Below are positions 1 through 9,072 of a stretch of DNA of 32,000 nucleotides, piece by piece. The DNA comes from Mycobacterium tuberculosis H37Rv (GTDB taxonomy: Bacteria > Actinomycetota > Actinomycetes > Mycobacteriales > Mycobacteriaceae). A program made the position numbers and the translations under genes. Position 1 is the first letter of the stretch, and each line of letters begins with the position of its first letter. Location: positions 510,001 to 542,000 of the forward strand of contig NC_000962.3 of the NCBI RefSeq assembly GCF_000195955.2, read 5' to 3'. Under the pieces are notes generated by a model. The model did not search any database and was not told where the DNA came from. It saw nothing but the letters and a program-made list of their open reading frames with translations.

Positions 1-325
<325 letters not shown>

Positions 326-376
326 CCCACGCTAGCGCAGCGCGGCGCCGGTGTGCACGGACGGCCCGATGCCGCG

Positions 377-652
377 TTAGGCCTCTTCCATCGCCTCGCC
401 GAGTTCCTCGAGGACCCGGTTGTGGTGGTTATTTGCCAAGATATGTCCGGTGGCGATAACCAGGGCGACCGGCCAGTCGATGAGTTCGAGGGCAGCGAGT
501 GCCGCCAGACCTCCGTAGTAGGCCAGGTGCTCTGGCCGCGGAATCTTCACTTGGCCGCAGATCGGGAGGTTCATCACAATAGTCTCCGCTTCGCGGATCT
601 TAGCCACGGCCTCACGCTGAGATGTCGCTCGACGCGTATTCTTTTCGGCCAT
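377..652 (-). CDS. Small conserved membrane-type protein (Rv0424c-like)
   Basis: 91 aa from MAEKNTRRAT; a single hydrophobic segment LAALAALELIDWPVALVIATGHILANN; directly downstream of ctpH on the same strand. Confidence 0.85.
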   Translation of the reverse strand: MAEKNTRRATSQREAVAKIREAETIVMNLPICGQVKIPRPEHLAYYGGLAALAALELIDWPVALVIATGHILANNHHNRVLEELGEAMEEA

Positions 653-701
653 CATTTGCCTTTCAGTAACGAAGGGTTTGCCGTTGTGCAGGGTGGTGCG
701 G

Positions 702-3700
702 TCACCGTCGGGGGTATGTCGACGAGGACCGATGCGCTGGCGGACCCTTTGGCTTCGTCGTTTGCCTTGTTGCTGACGGTGCCTTTACTGGAGCTTTACG
801 CCGTGCTGTGGCGCGTCGGCGTCGTCGAGGTCCGGGGGGCGCACCGGGGGACGCGTCGCGGGAAAGCGCATCGGTCTCGGGTGGTTGCGGGTTCGGCTGG
901 CCCGATTTGTCCCGACCCGTCAGCACACGGTTCAGCACGGCGACGGCGACGGTCGCAGCAGTCGCGGCTGCTGTCGCCTGCGCCCAGCCGAGTGGGTCGA
1001 GGGGGGTGCAGCCGAGCAACTGGCTGACGACGGGGATGCTGATCAAGGTTGCCAGCGCGGCCAGTGAGCCCAGTGCGGTGAGCACAACCAGCCAGGCATG
1101 CGAGTCCACCAAGGTTTGACCCAACTGAGCGGCCACCAGCGCCACCAGCGCCACCGTGGATGCGCGGCGCGGCAAGCCGGTGAACCCCGCCATCACCCAG
1201 GCCACGGTGGCCGCGGCCGCCGTGGTCGCCCCGCGGATACCGACGGCACGCCATAGCTCGCGTTGATCGGGACCGCGGGTTGCCGGCGTTACCGGGTCGC
1301 TTGGCTTGCTGACCGCGAGCGCCGCCGCGGGCAGTGCGTCGGTCAGCATGTTCACCAGCAGCAGCTGACGGGTGTTCAACGGCGAGGTCCCGGTGATAGC
1401 GCTGCCGATGATGGCAAAGGCCACCTCGCCCGCGTTGCCGCCGAGCAGCACAGACACTGCCGCTTGCACCCGCTGCCAAAGCTGGCGTCCTTCCAGGATT
1501 GCGGGCAGCAATGACTCGATCCGGCCGTCGACCAACACCAGGTCGGCGGCGACTCGGGCCGGGTCGCTGCCGTGGGCGACGACACCGATGCCGACGGTGG
1601 CGGCGCGGATCGCGGCCGCGTCATTGGAGCCGTCGCCGACCATTGCGCACACCCGGCCGCTGTGTTCCAGCGTCTGCACGATCTGTACCTTGTTCTCCGG
1701 TGTCATCCGGGCGAAGATCACCCGCTCGGCTACCGCTCGCTCCTGGTCCTTGCGTGACAGGGCATCCCACTCGGCACCGCTAATGACCTGCTCAGGGCTC
1801 ACTTGCATGCCGAGCTCCTCGGCGATGGCGGCGGCGGTAATCGGGTGATCACCGGTGATCAGCCGGATATCCAGATCGTGCTCGTGCAGGTCCGCAAGTA
1901 GGGCCGCCGCCTGGGCGCGGGGGGTGTCGGACAACCCAAGAAACCCCACCAGACTCAACTCGTCGCGGCACAATCTCGCGATCTCGTCGGGGTCGTCCAC
2001 GACCGACTGTGCCTGTTGCGCGGTCAGCTGGCGGTGGGCCACCGCGATCACCCGCAATCCGTTGGCGGCCAGTTCAGCGACCGCGTCGTCCATGCTCGAG
2101 CCGATGCCTTCGCACGCCGCCAGCACCACTTCGGGCGCACCTTTGACGGTCAGCTCGGTGCCGGACACCGAGGCGGAAAACGACCTACCGGAGCGAAATG
2201 GCAGGTGGGCGGCGGGTTCTGCGGCGCCGGGTTCGGCACCGTCGGTGCCACTGGCGGCAGCCGCTGCCGCAGCTTGCACGATCGCGACGTCGGTGGCGTG
2301 CACCTGCGGGCCGTTCGACGCCGGCGCAGCGTGCGCCGCGCAGCGCAGCACTTCCTCGCGCGAGTGCCCCGCCACCGGCCGCACCTGCGCCACCCGCAAA
2401 CGGTTCTCGCTGAGCGTTCCGGTCTTGTCGAAGCAGACCATGTCGACACGGCCGAGCGCCTCCACCGAGCGCGGGATGCGGACCAGCGCACCGAAGTGAC
2501 TTAGCCGTCGCGCGGATGCCTGCTGGGCCAGTGTGGCCACCAGCGGCATCCCTTCCGGCACTGCGGCCACTGTGACTGCGATACCGCTGGCCACCGCTTG
2601 GCGTAGGCCCCGCCGGCGCAACAGCCCAAGCCCGGTGACCAGTGCGCCGCCGGTCATGCTGACCGGCCAGGCCTGGTTGGTGAGCCGACTCAGCTGATGC
2701 TGCAGGCCGACGCTGGACAGATCACCGGACACGAGCTCGGCCGCGCGGCGCTCCTGAGTGTCAGGACCCACCGCGGTCACCACCGCGACCGCGGTGCCGG
2801 ACACGACGGTCGTCCCGGCATAGAGCATGCAGCGACGTTCGATCAGGTCGACACCCGGCGTGGGTTCGACTTGTTTGGTCACCGACAGCGACTCACCGGT
2901 GAGCGCGGACTCGTCGACCTCCACGTCGACCTCCTCAATCACCCGGGCGTCGGCGGGAACCACCTCGTGGGTCCGCACCTCGATGATGTCGCCGGGACGC
3001 AGCTCCTCGGCGCGGACTTCGATGTACCTCGGCTGGTCGTCCGCGCCGGCCAGCACCTTCCTGGCGGGTGGAATCTGCTGAGCCAACAAGCGATTCAGCC
3101 GACTTTCGGCACGCAGCCGCTGGCTGGCCGCGAGAATAGAGTTTCCGGTGAGCACCGAACCGACCATCACCGCGTCCACCGGCGAACCCAACACCGCACT
3201 GGCCATTGCACCAAGCGCCAGCATAGGCGTCAACGGGTCCGACAACTCCGCGCGCATGGCCTTGGTCAACTGCCAAAGCGCGTTCAAGGGTGCCTGGGTT
3301 ATTTGTGCGCCGCGCTTCGCCGTGTGCAGGCCACCGGCCAGCGCACGGGCCGGATACGGCGAAGGCGGTGCCTTCGCCGGTGCCTGCTCGTCCGGCGACG
3401 GCAAAGCTTTGCGGACTTGCTCGACCGACATTGCGTGCCATTCATGAGCGGGTGCCGGTCGCGGTGCTTGCGCGTCGACGACCTTGCGTGCCAGCAGGTA
3501 TCCCGAGAGCAGTCCGGCCGCCGCGCCGGTGGTCACCGGGCCGGGCCCCAGTCCGCGGACCCCTGGCAGCATCAACAGGGCTCCCAAAGCCGATGCACCA
3601 CCGGAAATTTCGTTACCTCGCTGGCGTGCGGCCCTGGCCGCCGGAATCGCGTGCAGCACCCTCCAGGCGGCTCCAAGATCGGGCAGCAGGACATCTGCGT

Positions 3701-5321
3701 ACCAGGGCGGTGCACCGGCTCCAGGTGGTGGCAGCACACCAAGCGCCACATCGGCAGCCGAAAGCGCTTGCTTACCAACCGATGACAACACCGCGACGGT
3801 GCGGCCCGCCTGGCGCAGCTCGGCCACCGCACGGGCTAGGGCTTCGTCGAGGGACCCGCTGGCACCGTCGTCGAGGGGCCGGATGTCGTCGAACACCGGT
3901 CGCAACTCGCCCAGGGCGTCGACATCGACCGAAACCAGGTCCGCCCCGGTGCGATGTGCCTCGGCAACCACCGCGGAGGCCAGCCGGTCGTGCATGGGGC
4001 GGAAAAGTGCCTCGACTGCCGAATCCGAACCGCTGGCCGAGACACCGGGTACTCGGTGCCAGCCTGGGCGCAGGCCACTCTCCGTCAAAACGAGTTGCGC
4101 CCGATTCCACGCTGTGGACAGCTCGTCTGCGCCGCAACCGCGGATGCGCGCCACGCGCAGGTCATCGGTGCACAGCACGCGGGGGTCGATGACGATCGCA
4201 TCGACCCGATCCAATCGGCGCAAACTCTCCGGCCGTAACGGCAACACCGCGTGCTGATCAGCCAAACCTTGGCCGAGCGCCGCGGCGAACGCCTCCGGCG
4301 TGGTCCGGCTGGCTTTGGGGGTGGCCACCAGCGTCGCGGTCGCGGCCATGTCCGCGTCGCGGGTCCCGGCGCCCACGAGCACCGCGCTCAGCGCTTGGAT
4401 CAGCGCGAAACGCGCGACGCTGCGTTGGACAGGTTGCGTCGACCGTGCGGGACGCGGCCAAAGGGATTGGGGTTGGTCGGCCGGTTCGTCGGCGTGCAGC
4501 GCGAGCTGTGGTTCATGCCGGCGCCAGGCTCTGGCTCCGGCACGGCATTCCGCGGCTTTCAGCGCCTGGATCGTCAGATCCACCGACAACGCCGCCGGCG
4601 ACAGCGTGACCGTGTGTGCGGCGGCCATGGCCAGCTCAAGGACGGTGGCGGTCGCCTCCGTGCCTATTCGATCCTCGAGTAGGCGGCGCAGCAACGGCTG
4701 GTGGTCCACGGCCGCCACCGCTGCCTCGATGACGAGCGGAAATCGGGGCCAGCGCAGCGCCCGGCCGCCGAGCGCTAAGCCCAGCCCGGCCGCGGTGGCG
4801 GCTACCGTTACAGCTCTGACCGCCAGCAGCACGCCGTCGCCCGGCAGGCTCCCCGGTGATTGCGCCAGCTGATCGGCGGCTTGATCTGGGTGGCGGTGTC
4901 TTTCGGCTTTTTCGGCGTCATCGACAATGCGGCAAAGTTCGCGCAGTGATGTGTCGGGATCGTCGATAGCGACGACGACACGGGACAACGGGTAGTTCAG
5001 GCTGGCCGACCCGACCCCGGGGTGGGCTTGGATTGCGTTGAGCACGACGCGCCCAAGTTCGTCGTCGCCTCCGCTGCGCAAGCCGCGCACTTCGATCCAG
5101 GCGCGACGCTCGCCACGCCAACAGTTCCGGCCGAGTGTCTCGCGGGACAGCTCGCCGGAAAGTGCCTTGGCTCCTGCGCGCAGCGGGATGATGGCGACCT
5201 TCATACCGGTTCCGACCCCGGTCTTGGCCAGGGTTGCCGAGACCGCTGTCGCGGCAGTGATCGATGCGCCGGTAAGGGTGGCGGTCGCCCGGAAGCCCGT
5301 GGCGACAGCACGCACCGGCAT
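702..5321 (-). CDS. ctpH: Large P-type metal cation-transporting ATPase CtpH (1539 aa from MPVRAVATGF)
   Basis: Catalytic motif CFDKTGTLSEN, GDGSNDAAAI hinge motif, VDESALTGES actuator-like loop, PEGMP in the membrane segment, and long length with an N-terminal extension. The start is chosen 10 codons inside the track ORF, matching the known 1539 aa product. Confidence 0.95.
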   Translation of the reverse strand: MPVRAVATGFRATATLTGASITAATAVSATLAKTGVGTGMKVAIIPLRAGAKALSGELSRETLGRNCWRGERRAWIEVRGLRSGGDDELGRVVLNAIQAHPGVGSASLNYPLSRVVVAIDDPDTSLRELCRIVDDAEKAERHRHPDQAADQLAQSPGSLPGDGVLLAVRAVTVAATAAGLGLALGGRALRWPRFPLVIEAAVAAVDHQPLLRRLLEDRIGTEATATVLELAMAAAHTVTLSPAALSVDLTIQALKAAECRAGARAWRRHEPQLALHADEPADQPQSLWPRPARSTQPVQRSVARFALIQALSAVLVGAGTRDADMAATATLVATPKASRTTPEAFAAALGQGLADQHAVLPLRPESLRRLDRVDAIVIDPRVLCTDDLRVARIRGCGADELSTAWNRAQLVLTESGLRPGWHRVPGVSASGSDSAVEALFRPMHDRLASAVVAEAHRTGADLVSVDVDALGELRPVFDDIRPLDDGASGSLDEALARAVAELRQAGRTVAVLSSVGKQALSAADVALGVLPPPGAGAPPWYADVLLPDLGAAWRVLHAIPAARAARQRGNEISGGASALGALLMLPGVRGLGPGPVTTGAAAGLLSGYLLARKVVDAQAPRPAPAHEWHAMSVEQVRKALPSPDEQAPAKAPPSPYPARALAGGLHTAKRGAQITQAPLNALWQLTKAMRAELSDPLTPMLALGAMASAVLGSPVDAVMVGSVLTGNSILAASQRLRAESRLNRLLAQQIPPARKVLAGADDQPRYIEVRAEELRPGDIIEVRTHEVVPADARVIEEVDVEVDESALTGESLSVTKQVEPTPGVDLIERRCMLYAGTTVVSGTAVAVVTAVGPDTQERRAAELVSGDLSSVGLQHQLSRLTNQAWPVSMTGGALVTGLGLLRRRGLRQAVASGIAVTVAAVPEGMPLVATLAQQASARRLSHFGALVRIPRSVEALGRVDMVCFDKTGTLSENRLRVAQVRPVAGHSREEVLRCAAHAAPASNGPQVHATDVAIVQAAAAAAASGTDGAEPGAAEPAAHLPFRSGRSFSASVSGTELTVKGAPEVVLAACEGIGSSMDDAVAELAANGLRVIAVAHRQLTAQQAQSVVDDPDEIARLCRDELSLVGFLGLSDTPRAQAAALLADLHEHDLDIRLITGDHPITAAAIAEELGMQVSPEQVISGAEWDALSRKDQERAVAERVIFARMTPENKVQIVQTLEHSGRVCAMVGDGSNDAAAIRAATVGIGVVAHGSDPARVAADLVLVDGRIESLLPAILEGRQLWQRVQAAVSVLLGGNAGEVAFAIIGSAITGTSPLNTRQLLLVNMLTDALPAAALAVSKPSDPVTPATRGPDQRELWRAVGIRGATTAAAATVAWVMAGFTGLPRRASTVALVALVAAQLGQTLVDSHAWLVVLTALGSLAALATLISIPVVSQLLGCTPLDPLGWAQATAAATAATVAVAVLNRVLTGRDKSGQPNPQPPETDALSRDASPGAPPGPRRRRRATARRKAPVKAPSATRQTTKPKGPPAHRSSSTYPRR
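3580..4454 (-). other. Degenerate internal second P-type ATPase-like core within CtpH (pseudo-phosphorylation domain)
   Basis: RVDAIVIDPRVLCTDDLRVARIRG parallels RVDMVCFDKTGTLSENRLRVAQVRP. VLSSVGKQALSAADVALGV parallels MVGDGSNDAAAIRAATVGIGV in the C-terminal half. The order is the same in both halves. Confidence 0.7.
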
Positions 5322-5372
5322 AGCCCGTGCGATGGATGCAGCAATGCTCAAGAGTTGCTCAACGCCGCCAGA

Positions 5373-5816
5373 CTAGTTGGTGCTGCGCAGCTCAGCGGTG
5401 CCCGCTCGGCGACCGCTCGTCTTCCTGGCTGTTGTCTTGCTCGCTTTGGCTGGCGCTTCCTTTGCGGCAGCCGGCTTGTCGGGCACCGGCGCAAGTTTCG
5501 CCTTCACCGGCGGTGCGGCCACCTCGGGGGTGCGGTTGAGCTTCCGCAATAGCAACGCTCCGCCGCCCACGGCCAACAGGATCGGCCAATCGACGAGTCC
5601 AGCGACACCGATCGCACCGATGGCCAACGCGGCTGCCGCGGTCGACTTGCTGCCGCTGCTAAGCCCCTTCTGAATGCCTTTGGCGGCTCCGGTCACACCG
5701 CCGACGATGCCGCTCACGGCGGCGCCACCCACCGCACCCGCGGCCGCTGTGGTCGCCGTTGCTGCACCACTCACCGTTCGCCCCACGGTTCGAACTGTCC
5801 CGCCGACCACACTCAT
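5373..5816 (-). CDS. Small conserved Gly/Ala-rich membrane protein (Rv0426c-like) with Lys/Ala/Pro-rich tail
   Basis: 147 aa from MSVVGGTVRTVGRT; hydrophobic segment AIGAIGVAGLVDWPILLAVGGGALLLRKL followed by a basic, Pro/Ala-rich C-terminus; directly upstream of ctpH. Confidence 0.85.
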   Translation of the reverse strand: MSVVGGTVRTVGRTVSGAATATTAAAGAVGGAAVSGIVGGVTGAAKGIQKGLSSGSKSTAAAALAIGAIGVAGLVDWPILLAVGGGALLLRKLNRTPEVAAPPVKAKLAPVPDKPAAAKEAPAKASKTTARKTSGRRAGTAELRSTN

Positions 5817-6016
5817 GATGACTCCCTGGCCCAAACTGCATTCGTTTACAAATGGTTTAGCTACAGTTCTACACTCGTTAACCCGCACCCTGCATTCGCA
5901 CCGCTGACGAGATTTCTGTTCAGCGCTCTCGAAATGCAAGCCTGCCACGCCGCCCTGACTGAGACAACGCGCAACTGCCGCGTGCGGCGCGACTGCCGAC
6001 TACCGCCGTACGCCGC

Positions 6017-6892
6017 CTACCCGGCGTGCAGGTCGACGAGCACCGGAGCGTGGTCGCTGGGCGCTTTGCCTTTACGCTCCTCGCGTACGATCTGGGCGTC
6101 CATCACCCGGGCGGCCAACGCCGGCGAGCCGAGGATGAAGTCGATGCGCATGCCCTGTTTCTTCGGGAACCGCAGCTGCGTGTAATCCCAGTAGGTGTAA
6201 ACCCCGGGTCCCGGGGTGAAAGGCCGTACTACATCGGTGAATTGCGCGTCGACAATGGCGTTGAACGCCTTGCGCTCGGGTTCGGAAACGTGCGTGCAGC
6301 CGGCGAAGAATTCGGTGCTCCAGACATCATCATCGGTCGGAGCGATGTTCCAGTCGCCCATCAGTGCGATTGGTGCGGCGGGATCGTCACGTAGCCAGCC
6401 TTCGGCCGTATCACGCAGCGCGGCAAGCCAATCCAACTTGTAGGTGTAGTGCGGATCGTCCAGGGCGCGCCCGTTGGGCACGTAGAGGCTCCACACCCGG
6501 ATGCCGCCGCAGGTGGCGCCCAGGGCACGGGCCTCCGTCGTGGCGGCCACTTCCGGCTTGCCGCTCCAGCTGGGCTGGCCGTCGAACCCAACCCGCACGT
6601 CGTCGAGGCCGACGCGGGATGCGATCGCCACGCCGTTCCACTGATCGAAGCCGACGTGTGCGACGTCATAGCCGAGTTCGAACAGCGGCAAGGCCGGGAA
6701 TTGGCCGTCCGGGCACTTGGTCTCCTGCATGGCCAACACGTCGACATCGGCGCGCCCAAGCCAATCGAGGACACGATCCAACCGGGTGCGAATCGAATTC
6801 ACATTCCAGGTGGCCAGCCGCAGCAGCGGCGATCGCAAGCGCGGCGAAGCCGGGCGTTGGGGGTGGCCGCCGTCAATTGTGCCGTCGGGCAT
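6017..6892 (-). CDS. xthA: Exodeoxyribonuclease III (AP endonuclease family)
   Basis: 291 aa from MPDGTIDGG; LRLATWNVNSIRTRL, MQETKC, LMGDWNIAP, YTYWDYTQLRFPKKQGMRIDFIL, SDHAPVLVDL motifs. Confidence 0.96.
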   Translation of the reverse strand: MPDGTIDGGHPQRPASPRLRSPLLRLATWNVNSIRTRLDRVLDWLGRADVDVLAMQETKCPDGQFPALPLFELGYDVAHVGFDQWNGVAIASRVGLDDVRVGFDGQPSWSGKPEVAATTEARALGATCGGIRVWSLYVPNGRALDDPHYTYKLDWLAALRDTAEGWLRDDPAAPIALMGDWNIAPTDDDVWSTEFFAGCTHVSEPERKAFNAIVDAQFTDVVRPFTPGPGVYTYWDYTQLRFPKKQGMRIDFILGSPALAARVMDAQIVREERKGKAPSDHAPVLVDLHAG

Positions 6893-6894
6893 GG

Positions 6895-7803
6895 CTAGAA
6901 GGTATCCCAGCCGACCGACTGGGCAGGAAGATAGCGGCAGTGATGGTGCAGCCGGAAGCCCAGGGACTCGGCGAGGACGGATGTCGCGGTGTCGTGCACG
7001 CGCACGTAGCCGCGGGTCGCGCCGCGGCCCGCTCCCCAGCCCAACAGCGCTTCCCACAATTGGCGGCCAGCGGAGCCGGTCGCGGATTGCTCGTCGGCGG
7101 CACGCATTGCCGACAGACCCACCCACCGGGTGCCGTCGGGTGCGTCGGTTACCGCTGCACGTGCGACCGCCACACCCAGGTAGCTGCCGAATGCCAACTC
7201 GCCGTCGATGACGGGGGTCGCCATGTCGAGGGGTAGGCGTTGGTGGTAGAGCCGCAGCCAGGTGTCGTCGGGGTGGTCCAGCAACGTGACCGACCGGTCG
7301 GGTTCACCGGTGGACACGTCACGCACCAACACTTGCTCTCGGCGCTCACCTGCCAGGTCGGCCGGTAGTGGCAGCAAGCGGTCCGGGACGGCCAGCCATG
7401 GCTGCAGATCACGGCTCGCATACCATGCGCTGATTTCTGTGATGGTGTTCGTGTGTGCCGAGATATCCAGCGGTACTGCTGAATTAGCGGCCAGTACGGC
7501 CCCGTGTCCGGCTCGCAGGAGCCAGCCGTCCAGCCAGGTTCGTTCAACGCCGGGCCAGGCCGCCGCGGCGGCGTGTTCAAGTGCGCGGATCGCGGCGGTG
7601 CGCACCGGCGCATCGGTCAGGACCCGCAGGGCCACCACATCGACGGGCGAGAACTCGACGATGGTCCCGGTCTTGGTCTGCACTCGCACCGTCGGATCGA
7701 CGGCTAGCAGCCGACCCACCGCATCGGTCAGCGGTGGCATCGATCCGGCGGGCCGGCGGTAGCGCACCGTTACCCGTGTCCCAAGCCCCGGCCACGAGAC
7801 CAT
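6895..7803 (-). CDS. GNAT-family acetyltransferase-like protein (Rv0428c-like)
   Basis: 302 aa from [11 protein letters not shown]; C-terminal GNAT-like WVGLSAMRAA...LLGWGAGRGATRGYVRVHDTATSVLAESLGFRLHHHCRY. The start overlaps the def stop codon. Confidence 0.85.
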   Translation of the reverse strand: MVSWPGLGTRVTVRYRRPAGSMPPLTDAVGRLLAVDPTVRVQTKTGTIVEFSPVDVVALRVLTDAPVRTAAIRALEHAAAAAWPGVERTWLDGWLLRAGHGAVLAANSAVPLDISAHTNTITEISAWYASRDLQPWLAVPDRLLPLPADLAGERREQVLVRDVSTGEPDRSVTLLDHPDDTWLRLYHQRLPLDMATPVIDGELAFGSYLGVAVARAAVTDAPDGTRWVGLSAMRAADEQSATGSAGRQLWEALLGWGAGRGATRGYVRVHDTATSVLAESLGFRLHHHCRYLPAQSVGWDTF

Positions 7804-8396
7804 TAGTGACCGAACGGGTCGGGGTCCTCGCCGGGCAGCCACGACAGTCCGGGAACGCCCCAGCCATGTGACTTGACGGCCCGTTTGGCGTTGCGGGCGT
7901 ACCGGCCGATGAGGCGGTCCAGGTACAGGAATCCATCAAGGTGCCCGGTTTCGTGCTGCAGCATCCGCGCGAACAGGCCGGTGCCCTCGATACTGACCGG
8001 ACTGCCATCGGCGTCGAGTCCGGTGACTCGTGCCCACTTCGCGCGTCCGGTAGGAAATGACTCGCCGGGAACCGACAGACAGCCTTCGTCGTCGGTGTCC
8101 GGGTCGGGCATGGTCTCAGGTATTTCGGAGGTCTCAAGCACCGGATTGATGACCACACCGCGTCGGCGGGCGGTCATTGCGCGGTCCGCGGCGCAATCGT
8201 AGACGAAGAGCCGCAGGCTGCAGCCGATCTGGTTGGCAGCCAGGCCGACTCCGTTGGCGGCGTCCATGGTGTCGTACATGGTGGCGATCAACTGGGCGAG
8301 ATCCGCCGGGAGTGAACCGTCGGCGGCGACCGTCACCGGTGTGGTCGCAGTGTGTAAGACGGGATCGCCCACGATGCGGATGGGTACGACTGCCAT
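7803..8396 (-). CDS. def: Peptide deformylase
   Basis: 197 aa; [20 protein letters not shown] and the metal site [14 protein letters not shown]. Confidence 0.97.
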
Positions 8397-8732
8397 GGTG
8401 GGCTAGCTTAAGCGCGCCGACGATACGCGCCGCGAGGCGGCGGGCTGAGGAGGCGGGCAATCGGCTTAGGCGCGCCGCGGGGCGGCGGGCATCATCGCCG
8501 GGTGTGAACCACACGACGGCTGGCCGGCATGTCGCGTCGCAGGATTCACACTCGGAGCATGAGCCGGCGCGCCGCGATCGGCAGTCGGGTGCAAGCAAGT
8601 CGGCCGACTCGCGGGCAGGATTACCGCCCGACGGTTCCTGGCGTGGTTCAATATTCGCCGAAGAAGCGCCTACGTAGGCCAAGTCATTCGTACACATTGA
8701 GAATTCGCCGGAAGGGCCCAGGGGAAAGCGAT

Positions 8733-9041
8733 ATGGACAGCGCCATGGCGCGGGCAATTCGATCGGGGGACGACGCCGAGGTCGCCGATGGGCTGACCCG
8801 GCGCGAGCACGACATCCTGGCGTTCGAACGTCAGTGGTGGAAGTTTGCCGGTGTCAAGGAAGAAGCCATCAAAGAGTTGTTCTCCATGTCGGCGACGCGC
8901 TACTACCAAGTGCTCAATGCGCTGGTGGATCGGCCCGAGGCGCTGGCCGCCGACCCGATGCTGGTAAAGCGGTTGCGGCGGCTGCGCGCCAGTCGGCAGA
9001 AGGCGCGGGCCGCGCGACGCCTTGGCTTCGAGGTGACCTGA
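8733..9041 (+). CDS. Conserved protein, DUF3263-like (Rv0430-like), 102 aa
   Basis: MDSAMARAIRSGDDAEVADGLTRREHDILAFERQWWKFAGVKEEAIKELFSMSATRYYQVLNALVDRPEALAADPMLVKRLRRLRASRQ; ATG verified at 8733. Confidence 0.88.
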   Translation: MDSAMARAIRSGDDAEVADGLTRREHDILAFERQWWKFAGVKEEAIKELFSMSATRYYQVLNALVDRPEALAADPMLVKRLRRLRASRQKARAARRLGFEVT

Positions 9042-9072
9042 CACTCTCCCCGCTTTTGCCGGTTGTGTCCCG

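Noticed and set aside
3290-4192. Plus-strand 300 aa ORF and overlapping antisense ORFs inside ctpH
   Set aside because: Shadow ORFs of a high-GC coding region; no recognisable domain or RBS, while the minus-strand frame clearly encodes the P-type ATPase.
6893-7126. N-terminal extension of xthA in the track ORF (78 extra residues)
   Set aside because: The extension overlaps the preceding Rv0428c-like gene on the same strand in another frame and is not exonuclease III-like.
8529-8732. In-frame upstream extension of Rv0430 (track ORF starts at 8529)
   Set aside because: The extension is Arg/Ser-rich and unlike a folded domain. The ATG at 8733 yields the compact conserved 102 aa protein.
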